From Ministeria vibrans ATCC 50519 (taxonomy: Eukaryota; Protista; Filasterea), in contig CALSCP010001478.1 of assembly GCA_943704425.1 (NCBI GenBank), forward strand, positions 1 through 64,000: 64,000 bases of DNA, read 5' to 3'. The translations under genes were made by a program, and so were the position numbers. Shown piece after piece: positions 14,801-25,132 of the stretch (position 1 is the first letter of the stretch; every line of letters starts with the position of its first letter). The notes beneath the pieces are model-generated. The model did not search any database and was not told the origin of the DNA. It was given only the letters and a program-made list of their open reading frames with translations.

Positions 14801-16104
14801 TTCACGGGTGAATTGATCGGCGTCGAGTGTGGTGTGGCGGGCGACAGTGGGGCGTCGTCGGATGCCTCCATTTCAAGGGCCTTTTCGCGAAGCGAGCGAA
14901 AGACGGGGCTGGGGTCTTCATCGACAGGCGCCTTGCGGGCGGGCACAGACGCAAAGAGATCCTCAATGGCACGCTCGTGGTCAAAGTAATAGCCACTCTC
15001 AACGCCAACAAGCTCGTTCTCGTCGCGAGGCATAACAAAGCTTCCGGCACGGGGCTGTGAGGCAGCGTGTCGCTCGGCGTCAGTGAGTGCGCGGGGAGAG
15101 CCGCCAGCAGTGGGAGGAGGCGGTGGCTTGTTCATAGTGGTGCGTGGAGAAGAGGAGGCTGACGTGACCTTGCGCAGATGATCAAGCGGGTTCACCATGT
15201 CAGGCAGGACATCTTCAGATGTGGCGGGAGTGACAGCAGTCGAAGCAGTAGCAGTGGGGTTTGCATTCATTGTATTATCAGTGGCCGAGTGTGTGTCAGA
15301 GGAGGCTGTCGTTGGTGGGCTCTGAGGTGCGCCCGGAGCGTCGTCTTTGCTCTTCTTTCGTCGATGTTGAGTCTACAATCGAAAGAATCAAAGAGAGACA
15401 GATACAGGCAGACAGAAGAGAAACAAAAAAAACAAAGAGAGAGAGAGGGGGGGGGGGGGGGGNNNNNNNNNNGGGGGGGGGAAGGAACAGAGTGATAGAA
15501 GAAAGAAACAAAAGATAGAAGAAGAAAACAAACTGATAGGAAAAAAAAAGAAACAACGAGGTATAGAGGAAAGAAATAAAGTAATCGAGAGAGAGAGAAG
15601 AGAATCAATACCTTTTTCACTTTGCGGAGTTTGTCAGTGACAAAGAAAGTGAAGCGGTGCGCCTCATCCTGTTCGGTGCCATCACCAAGGATGTTGCGAA
15701 AGGGCCGGATGTGGCTCTCGAGAAGCACTTCATGCCCATCAATCTCATCGATGCGGTACATGTAGCGCGCATTGGGTGCCTAATAAGAGGATGAAAGTGC
15801 GTGAGGAAGGAAGAGGAAGGAGTACGAAAATGTCAGCAATACTCTTTTAAGGACATCTGAGCGCGCTAGAACTTCTTCGACGGTGATGGATGTGCTGGCA
15901 ATAAGTGGAAAGTTGGAGAGTGCTTCAAAGACGCCAAAACGAAGGGCGATCAGTGAGGCAGAGGGTCGAACAATGTGACATCTACGAAGCAAAACTGAGT
16001 AAGAAACAACTGCCAAATCCTTCTTGGCACATGAATTCACATACACTCGACTCAATCTCTCTCTCTCTCATAAATCACTCACAAAGTTGAATCACACACA
16101 CACA

Positions 16105-16160
<56 letters not shown>

Positions 16161-16462
16161 TACATACTTATATGTAAATAATTATGTACAATACAATATA
16201 TATTATAAAATATATATAGTGACTCTCTGTCTCTCCTGCTCAGTCATACTGATTGATTTCGTCTGGGATGACACAGCCTGGTTCGAGTCTACGCACTGTA
16301 CAGTTGTGCTCAATGTACCATCCGCGAAACTGCGCTGCGTACGCCGGAAGACTCGCTCGGATTTCAGATTCCGTCAAATGTTGATCCTACTCAAAAAAAA
16401 AAGATCAATACAATATTACTTACAATAAACCGAATAAACAATCGGGCGATTCAATGCAAGTG

Positions 16463-16544
<82 letters not shown>

Positions 16545-17601
16545 TTGAGTGTGGGTGTTTGTGTGTTTGTATATGTACACGTATGCGTGGGCATAGAGTG
16601 TGTTTAATGTGCTACCTTTGCAAGGACAGTGACCACTGACTTGTCTGGAAGCACAGCAAAGAGTGGTAAGCGATGTGACTCTGTTCGATCCGTCGGTGCC
16701 TCTGTGTCAGATCGCTTCTCAGGCTCGTCATCGTTTCCGCTACAGAACATTAATAACAATGGAATTATACTTATAATGGTTAATACCCTAACATGCTGAA
16801 TGTTTCGTCCTCTTGGCACTCGTCGTCGTCTTCCGGCATGAGCGAGTCGATAATGTCGCTGAGAACTCGATCAGGAAGAGAGCTACAGCAGAGAGATAGT
16901 GTGTGTGTGAGAGAGAGAGAGAGAAAGAAACAAAGTGATAGAGAGAGAGAGAAACAAACAAAGTGATAGAGAGAGAGAAAAAGAAACAAAGTGATAGAGA
17001 GAGAGAGCACAGCCAACGTTACAGATGACGGTCAAGCGAGTGGCAGAGGGCACGCGTACCTTTTGGGGCGGGACGAGCCGGTCGTCCAGAAGTCCATCAT
17101 GTCCACAATGTCGCCCATCCACTCCTGCGTCTCGGTTTCCGTCTACACAGACACACCTTTATAAGCAACGCCCGCGTGCCATGCGCACCCCGGGAAGGCA
17201 GTGCGGCGCGTGGCGTACCGTGGCAAGCAGCGTGAATGTTTTGCTTGGCGTCGCGACATCAAAGGCCATTCCGGAGAGCTCCTTCTTCACATTGGGAGTC
17301 ATTGAGATGTGTTCGATGTCGGCCAGCGACAGCGCCCCGCTCGGCTCGGTGTCGTCCGCCTCACGGTAGTAGTACAGAAAGCCATCGGCTGTAGCAAATT
17401 GTCGTTTTAACACTCCAAAAATTTGAAAAGAACGAAAAAAAAAAAAAGCAAAACCTTTCAGTTGAAAATATCTCCTGTTCCAACGCTTGACGTGGTCACT
17501 GCGTTTCAACAAGAACCCCGAGCGCTCCTTGGGCGGCTACGGAGCACAGAAATGGATGAGACGGTCGATGAGGAAACGACATATTATTATTATGATACCA
17601 T
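11872..17601 (-). CDS. RUSC1/2-like RUN + SH3 adaptor with N-terminal PH domain and probable RA/ubiquitin-like region
   Basis: ATG|intron|PPKERSGFLLKRSDHVKRWNRRYFQLK gives the PH start. Small in-frame exons lead into a 3.5-kb terminal exon with RUN (NPRIGSMVRGRLCSAIAGVLSDGMK...IWSLIEAS...KFRTFVCGCLN...LQFRL), polyQ tracts and a C-terminal SH3 (ALRDN...ELRFQKGD...DWY...GLVP). Confidence 0.75.
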
Positions 17602-17820
17602 AGGTCACAAGAAGAAGGAGGAGGAGGAAGGGCGGCAGGCGACGTGACACGCAACTCACCCAAGAGCCAGCTGCGGTAACTGAGCAAATGGAAAAGAATC
17701 AAAAGAGTAATGACTGACTGGTATGAACTCCAAAATCTAATAATTAAGTCATGACGCTTATCACACGTTGCGAAAGGGCACTTAAGAAGTGTTAACAGGA
17801 GGCTAGTCACTCAGTACTGA

Positions 17821-17862
17821 CTACTGACTACTCACTACTGCCACTCTGCCAGTAGTCAGTAG
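17821..17862. promoter_or_regulatory. 12-bp perfect inverted repeat in a divergent promoter
   Basis: CTACTGACTACT (17821-17832), an 18-nt loop, then AGTAGTCAGTAG (17851-17862), between oppositely oriented start codons at 17601 and 18006. Function is inferred. Confidence 0.4.
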
Positions 17863-18005
17863 CCTCAGCCTTTTGCTTTCGTTCTTGACCCTTCTTAAGC
17901 TTCTTTACCCGATCGATCGTTAAAATATTTCTTATTATTATTCGTTTACGCCTTTTTTTCCAATATTAATTATTTTTTTAAAAAAAGAATTAAAAAGGGA
18001 AAATA

Positions 18006-20510
18006 ATGCTAAGGCTCTTGCTGGTACTGCTGCCGGTGGCGGTTCTGGGTGTGTGGGAGGCGTGCCCTATCAACAGCTACCGGGCGAGCGAGGGGGCGGC
18101 CTCGTGCCTTGCGTGCGTGTGTTACGGGCACGGCTCTGCAACGCTCTACGCTGCATCGGGCGTCGTGCAGATGTGCAACCCGCGCGGGGGGCAGTGCAAC
18201 TGTGACCCAGCGTCGAACACGACGGGTCCGCACTGCGCGTCGTGCCGGCCCGGCTTCTTTCGGCGTCTTCAAGGGGCGTATGTCTTCTCGGCCGACGACC
18301 GATGCACGAGCTGCAGCTACGAGAGCCCTCAAGCGTGCGCCGTGTCGACCCTCAGCGACGGCTGCGCCCCCTGCAACTGTCTCTATGGCCTCTCCGGCAA
18401 CACTAGCGACTGCGACGGAGACTCGGGACGATGCGCTGGCTGCTCAGGCGTTGGTTGCTCTGATCCGGGCGCTGGAAACCTCTTTTGGATCGCTCTGGTT
18501 GTGTCGCTCCTTTACATTATCAAGTTCTCTCTGTGGCTCCTCATCCGCCATCGCATCGCGTCCGCACGCGGCGAAGGCTTTGCCCAGCGCTCTTACAAGG
18601 TCGACAATAACCCGGGGCTCGATGGCATTGCACCTGTGGCCCGTGCCACTAAACCGAAGACGAGCAGCAGCATCGCGAGCTTTGGCAGCCGTGGCTCGGG
18701 CGACGCATCGCGCTCGAAAAAGTCCAAGGGCAAGGGATCGGACACGCTCTCCGAGTCATCCTACGACTACGATGCCTTCCCCATGATGACCGTTGCGCCC
18801 ATACCCAGCAATAGCGGTCGGGTTTCGTCGACACGCGACGCACAGGCTCGCCTAGAAGCAGAGGAGGAGGACTTGCGTGTCAAGTCGGTGGCTCAGGCTC
18901 GGCTCGAGCGGGAAAAGCTCGACGCGCGCATCCAACGCAGCCCCATGGGTTCGATGCTGGGCGGCCGATCGGTCCAGGCACCCGTCGAGTCCATTGTCAT
19001 GAGTCCCTTTGATGGTGATTCGGATGATGTTGGCGAGGACGAGCACAGCGACAAGCCAAAGGTGCGCATCAACCCGTTCCGCAAGACACCCGCCGATCGC
19101 AACTCGTTTGTGGTCACGTGCGCCGACTCGTTTGACCCGAGTGACGCAAAGGAAGTGGCTGCGACGGTGGCGACAAAGGGGACGGCCGACGACGACATCG
19201 ACGGTGGCATTGATGGAGCGCTTGAAAACAACAACAACGTGGACGAGTTGGGCGAGTACCTTGAGATGGAGCCTGCAGCTCAAGCGGACGAGTATGTGCA
19301 GATGACGCCCTACGGCGACAAGAACGAAAAGGACGATGGCGAGTCAGCGATGTTGCAGAGCACGCCGACGGGTTCGGAACATGACGAAGGACCACCACAA
19401 ATGGAGGAGGAAGAAGAAGAGGAGCATGAGGAAGAAAAGGAAGAAGAAGAGAAGAAAGCGGACGAAAAGGTCGCTCTATCGTTTGCGATTGCTCCGCTGT
19501 CGGACAAGGAGGAAGAAAAGGAGGAAGAGCGTCCGGCTAACACATTGTCGTTTGCGAATGCTCCGCTGTCGGACAAGGAGGAAGAGAAGGAGGAAGAGCG
19601 TCCGGCTAACACATTGTCGTTTGCGAATGCTCCGCTGTCGGACAAGGAGGAAGAGAAGGAGGAAGAGCGTCCGGCTAACACATTGTCGTTTGTGAATGCT
19701 CCGCTGTCGGACAAGGAGGAAGAGAAGGAGGAAGAAGAAGAGCCCTTTTCGTTTGTGCGGCACTCATTTATCGAAGGAGACACTCTCACTTCAGGAGATG
19801 GGGAAGACCAACGGCCGACAGAGGCGACAGCAAGTGTCACAGCAACGACGGCGACCTCACTCCCAAACACGTACTCGTTCAAGTTTGACAGCGACGACGA
19901 CGTTGGGCTTGCCGACAACGAAGGAGATTTCGTGGACATGGACTCGGTGCAGTTCGTCGCGGCACAAAAAGCGGCATCTGCAGCGCAAGAATTGTCCGCG
20001 TCAAAGGGAGAAAGCGAAGAGGAGGAGAAGGCGGATGAGGAGGAAAAGCCGAAAAAGTCACTCTACTCCAGTGTCGACTTTAGTGTCGACGTGCGTCCCT
20101 CGTCCAGCACCTCTCTCCCACGCGTACCGCCTACAACAGAAAAGGCCGACGACGATCTCGAAGAGGCAGCACAAGACAGCAACAGCAGTCCACCAGCGGC
20201 GTACACCAGTCCGATTGCGTCTCCGCCTCGTGCTCGCGTGTCCATGGTCACAAGCGATGCGGTCATGTTCGACGACGATATTCCCGAGGGAGACGGCTGG
20301 GTGAGCGACAGCAAGGATGACGATGGTGTAGCGGAGAGTCCGCCTCCCTCGGCACCTGGCGTTCTTCGCTCCGCCATGAAGAAGAAGAAGAAGATGCCAT
20401 CGTTGCTGCGCAAGGTGTCTTTCAACGGCGACGTTGTTGCTGTCGCTGGCGTTCCGTTTCCCAACGAGATAATCTCCGACGGCGAAGATGAAAATCCTTT
20501 TGGGTTTTAG
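18006..20510 (+). CDS. Single-pass membrane protein: signal peptide, laminin-type EGF modules, TM helix, long acidic cytoplasmic tail (intronless, 834 aa)
   Basis: Signal MLRLLLVLLPVAVLG. Laminin-EGF CVCYGH...CNPRGGQCNC...TTGPHCASCRPGFF and CNC...CDGDSGRC. TM LFWIALVVSLLYIIKFSLWLLI followed by RHR. Confidence 0.85.
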   Translation: MLRLLLVLLPVAVLGVWEACPINSYRASEGAASCLACVCYGHGSATLYAASGVVQMCNPRGGQCNCDPASNTTGPHCASCRPGFFRRLQGAYVFSADDRCTSCSYESPQACAVSTLSDGCAPCNCLYGLSGNTSDCDGDSGRCAGCSGVGCSDPGAGNLFWIALVVSLLYIIKFSLWLLIRHRIASARGEGFAQRSYKVDNNPGLDGIAPVARATKPKTSSSIASFGSRGSGDASRSKKSKGKGSDTLSESSYDYDAFPMMTVAPIPSNSGRVSSTRDAQARLEAEEEDLRVKSVAQARLEREKLDARIQRSPMGSMLGGRSVQAPVESIVMSPFDGDSDDVGEDEHSDKPKVRINPFRKTPADRNSFVVTCADSFDPSDAKEVAATVATKGTADDDIDGGIDGALENNNNVDELGEYLEMEPAAQADEYVQMTPYGDKNEKDDGESAMLQSTPTGSEHDEGPPQMEEEEEEEHEEEKEEEEKKADEKVALSFAIAPLSDKEEEKEEERPANTLSFANAPLSDKEEEKEEERPANTLSFANAPLSDKEEEKEEERPANTLSFVNAPLSDKEEEKEEEEEPFSFVRHSFIEGDTLTSGDGEDQRPTEATASVTATTATSLPNTYSFKFDSDDDVGLADNEGDFVDMDSVQFVAAQKAASAAQELSASKGESEEEEKADEEEKPKKSLYSSVDFSVDVRPSSSTSLPRVPPTTEKADDDLEEAAQDSNSSPPAAYTSPIASPPRARVSMVTSDAVMFDDDIPEGDGWVSDSKDDDGVAESPPPSAPGVLRSAMKKKKKMPSLLRKVSFNGDVVAVAGVPFPNEIISDGEDENPFGF
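19476..19738 (+). repeat. Coding tandem repeat, 69 bp (23 aa LSFANAPLSDKEEEKEEERPANT), ~3.8 copies
   Basis: Near-identical units start at 19476, 19545, 19614 and 19683. Confidence 0.95.
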
Positions 20511-20841
20511 AACCTCAATATTCATAATAAATCTTTGTAACAAAGCATCATAATCTAAATAATAATATTGTTTGAGTCATAACAATAACAATCTTTTTTT
20601 GACGTCTTTGGCATTTTGCAGAGCACTTTGAACCACATTAATAATTGATTATTAATTCAATAAATTATGGCGAAGACAAAAAGAAAATCTGCTCCTTGTT
20701 TACTAGTTGTAGTGAACAAGTTTTCGTTTTAAAAGTTTACTCATGCGTCAAGGGAGACAAATAAAAAGAGAGAAGTTTTTACAGTCAAAGTAACACTTAA
20801 AACTTAAAAGAAATAGAATTATTATTATATCTTATCGCGTC

Positions 20842-23686
20842 ATGAACTCGCTGGTCTCGCTTGGACTCGTCCTTACGGCAATCGTTGCGTGCGCGTCGGC
20901 CGCCGGTCAAAACGAGTGGAAGTCTCGTGTGATCTATCAACTTTTGACCGATCGATTCGCCCCGTCGTCGCCTCCGTCGTCGCCGTGCGGCGATCTGCGC
21001 AGCTACTGCGGTGGAAACTTTGATGGAATCGGTACGGCGTGGGGCAGTAGTTGCGGCGACAGTTTGTCGGTCAAACGTTCGTTTTGTTTCGTAACCGCAT
21101 TCACAATTGCGCCCGCAGAACCACGGGTTTCCTTGAATAGAATTGGCATGGTGTCATTGACGATACTATTTCCGCGGAGAGTGATCGAGAATCGCGCTTC
21201 GGTTGGGGGTTTCTTGCTTTTTACGTGATATATCGCAAAATTGTTGGATCCATTTGAGCTGACCAATCGAGCAATTCGCATCCAACGCCTGCGCACTTGG
21301 TGGTATCACGTTTGTTTGTGCAGTATGGCCTTGTTGCAGCGAACAATGTGGTCTTTTAAGACCTGTCATTTGCGTTAGGATGATTTATCATTGATTGTGT
21401 GTTTCATGACAAACTGTATTATTATTTTATTATAATAATTATTATTGTGTGTTTCATTCGTGGCATTTTTGGTTATTAATAGTGTATTTCATGCGTGGCA
21501 TTCGTATTAATTGTGTGTTGCATACGTCTTGGCGTTTGAGCTCGGATGACATGAACATTGATTGTGTGTTTGATGTAGTGAGTAAACTGGACTACATCAA
21601 GGGGATGGGCTTTGATGCGATTTGGATCTCACCGATTCCCGTCAACACTGACGGAGGCTACCATGGATATTGGGCGCAAGACATCTACCAAGTGAACGGT
21701 ACGGAAACGAAAAATAATAATCAGCTCTCTCATGATAATTAATTGTTTTGTTCACAGAGCATTACGGAACCGAGGCTGATCTCAAGGCACTGGTTGACGC
21801 TTGCCACAAGCGTGGAATGTTTGTTATGCTTGATGTGGTTGCGAACCATATGGGCAACCAGCCTAATGGCAACTTTGACGACTTTAGTCTGTTTAACCCG
21901 TTCAACTCGAGCGACCATTACCATGACTACTGTCAAATTGAGGTAAACAGAAAGTAATGAGGGGAAAACGAGGTCGAGAGAGGAGCGAGAGAGAAAAGAC
22001 AGAGGGGGGGGGGGGGGGAGACGGAGAGATAGGAACAAAGTGATGGAGAGTAAGTAAACGAATGGTGCTTGTTGAGTAGGATTGGAACAACATGGACCAA
22101 GTGCGCAACTGCCGACTGGCGAATCTGCCGGATCTCAAGCAGGAGAATGAGTGGGTGTCCAAGACACTTTGTTCGTACGGCGTAGCAACATATTGATAAT
22201 AATATTATCATTAATAATAATTTGCATAATCGTCGATATTTATTGTGATAGATGGGTTCAAGCGACTGTTGCCAAGTTTGGGTTCGATGGAATTCGCATT
22301 GACACTGTTCCCGAAGTGCCCGCCGACTTCTGGGCTAACTACGCAAAGGCATCGGGTGTCTTTACCATTGGTATAGTTATAATTATAAGAATAATCATTA
22401 TGTTGTATATGCGTTGTATGTGTGTGACAAAGATGGCGTGACTGCCATTACTGAGAGAAAGAGAGAGGAGGGAGAAAGAAACAAAGTGATAGAGAGAGGG
22501 GAGGGAGAAAGAAACAAAGTGATAGAGAGAAAGAAACAAAGTGATAGAGAGAAAGAAACAATGAGAGTGAGAAAAAAACATTGCATCTCAGTTTGCTCAC
22601 TGTCAATTCTCTTTCTCTGTTCGTGTCACACAGGGGAAGTGGACAATGGCAGTGTGGACTACGACAAGCCGTACCAGGGCCCACTCGACGCGATTCTCAA
22701 CTACCCGCTGTACTGGACTCTGCGCGATGTGTTTCAGGAGTCCAAGACCATGACGGAGATCCAGAGCCGCTTTGCCGAGGAGAAGCAGAAGTTTAAGGAC
22801 GTGACTGTGCTTGGTGTGTTTCTGGATAACCATGACAACCCGCGCTTCTTGAACATCCGCAACTCACAAACAGCGCTGAAGAATGCGCTTGCCTTTGCAC
22901 TCTACTCGGTGGGCATTCCTATTGTGTATTATGGAACAGAGCAGGTACGGAAGAAGAAGTGAGCGATGATTCCTGATGCTGAGTGTTCTACGTAGGGGTT
23001 TAACGGTGGAAATGATCCCGTAAGAGAAAGAGTGACAGGCAGACAATCACAAACAATCACGCACACTTACTATTTATTATATTTTTCCATATATGTCTCC
23101 TTTCCCGCTCTACTCTCACACAATTTTCTTCTCTAAATGCACAGGACAACCGTGAGTCGTTGTGGCCCTCGTACGACACTCAGCACCCACTCTACCAGTT
23201 CATCAAGACATGCAATGACCTCCGCGCAAAGGTCGGTGCGCAGACAGTTGCAGAGTCTGAGCACATTCAGCGTTTTGTCGACGATACCTTTTACGCCTTT
23301 TCTCGGTACAGCATTACACACACACACAAAAAAAAAAAGTCTCATTCACTCACTCGACTGTCCTTGTGCAGTGGAAACGTTTTTATCGCGACGACCAATG
23401 GAGAATCAACACAGACACGCACCATCACATTCCATCCGTTCCATGATGGTCAAGGTATGGCGCACACAGAAACTCCCAGAGAGAGTGAGAGACGAACATC
23501 CAGAGAGAAAGATCACAACGAAACCACTCAACGTTAATATGACACTGATCTTTTTTTTTTTTGTGTGTGTGTGTGTGTCCAGTGCTGTCCAACATTTTTG
23601 ATCCGTCCGACACTGTCAATGTGGCGAACAATCAGTTTCAGGTCAACCTTGACTCGGGTCTGCCGAAGATTTACTATCCGCAATAA
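20842..23686 (+). CDS. Secreted alpha-amylase, GH13 (Taka-amylase/AmyA-like), many exons
   Basis: Signal peptide, [24 protein letters not shown] and MLDVVANHM. Catalytic motifs [16 protein letters not shown] and [10 protein letters not shown], then [11 protein letters not shown]. Includes a 24-nt exon at 22996-23019. Confidence 0.95.
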
Positions 23687-23774
23687 TAAAAAAATACTCT
23701 CACACACAAACCAAAACTCCTTGTCCCTCTGGCATAAAAATAGATAGAAAAAAATATAATTATTATTCAATAGG

Positions 23775-23947
23775 TCATCTTGCAAAGAGACGCTTGACGA
23801 GCATAACCTGTCCTAACCCGCACAGAATCACCACCAGAGTCTCTAGAACAGACCACCAGAGCACACGCGAGGCATTTTCTTCGGCCAGCTGTCGCCCTGC
23901 TGCCTCTTTTAGTCGATGGTGGGTCTACACAGTGTGTAAGCGTCGCA

Positions 23948-24031
<84 letters not shown>

Positions 24032-24870
24032 CCCTCGCTCTTCATTCACTCTTACTTGGTAGTCTAAGACTTGCTTCATGTTCACGTGGATCGTTGCCAT
24101 TGACGCTTCGAGTTGAGTAAGGGCCGTGGCCGTCTTGCTAATGTCCTTGGTGAGGTAGTCGTCCTCGCTCACCTTGACCACATTCAGGTACACTGTCTTG
24201 TGCGCAATCGTGCTCATCTGATTGCTGAAACACATCTACAGAAACACACGTGGTGGTATTGGGCATGTGGGCGTGCTTGCGGAATGCCACGCACCTTGAT
24301 AAATCCGTCTTGTTCGGGTTTGTACGTGACACTGTCGTATTGCACTTTGGTCCTACATGGACAAAAAAAAAGAGAGTGAAAACTTGTCGCACAAAAGACA
24401 GCAAGAAATAGAGCAAAAGCAGGTGTGTTTGGGGTAGAGGTGCACACATCACCAAACAGTATGGGGCCAGGCGAAGGAGGCGGCCGTTGGGAATGACGTG
24501 GAAGCGCTCGTTGGACGCGCGACTTACTTGTGAGCGATGATCTTGTCGTTGCCGTCCTTGATTTCCACATCCACGTCCAGGTTGGCACCGTACACCACCT
24601 GCATTGCAATACAGACATGCCACATGTACGTGTGAGTGTCGTTTGGAGGACGAGTCTTGCTTGTGTGTGGCGCAAAGCGAACATTCAATCGATGCAGAAA
24701 ATGAGCCTTACCTGAAAATCAATCACATATTCGTCTCCCGTTTTGACGTCCTCTTGGAAGCACTGCATGGCACGCTCCTGCAGTTCAAAAGTAAGCTCAT
24801 TTGCAAGGGCCAGATCAGCGATGAGCAGCATGACAAGCGTCGCAAGCAAAGTCACTCTTCTCATAGTCAT
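23775..24870 (-). CDS. p24/TMED family cargo receptor (gamma subfamily, TMED3/7-like)
   Basis: Signal peptide, GOLD domain ELTFELQERAMQCFQEDV...DFQVVYG...CFSNQMSTIAHKTVY, coiled coil, TM ending GQVMLVKRLF. Confidence 0.9.
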
Positions 24871-25132
24871 CGTCTAAGAGAGTGTTGGGGAGGAGGGGAA
24901 GGCAGCCAGCTACACTACAGCAAGGCGGAAGAGAGGGAAGGGAGAGAGAAAATGAATAACAAAAATACAAAATACAAATTAACAATTTAATAATTATTAT
25001 TATTATTTATTTTAACTAACACTAAATCACTACTAACTTGATAATAAAAGATCGATAAGTTTGATTATCAGTAAAATATTTTAGTACTAATAATTTCCAT
25101 TCTTCAATCACAAAACATGACGTCTAGCACTT

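Noticed and set aside
11872-15270. Treating the 1132-aa ORF as a complete stand-alone gene
   Set aside because: The frame stays open upstream to an AG acceptor that joins the upstream exons in phase.
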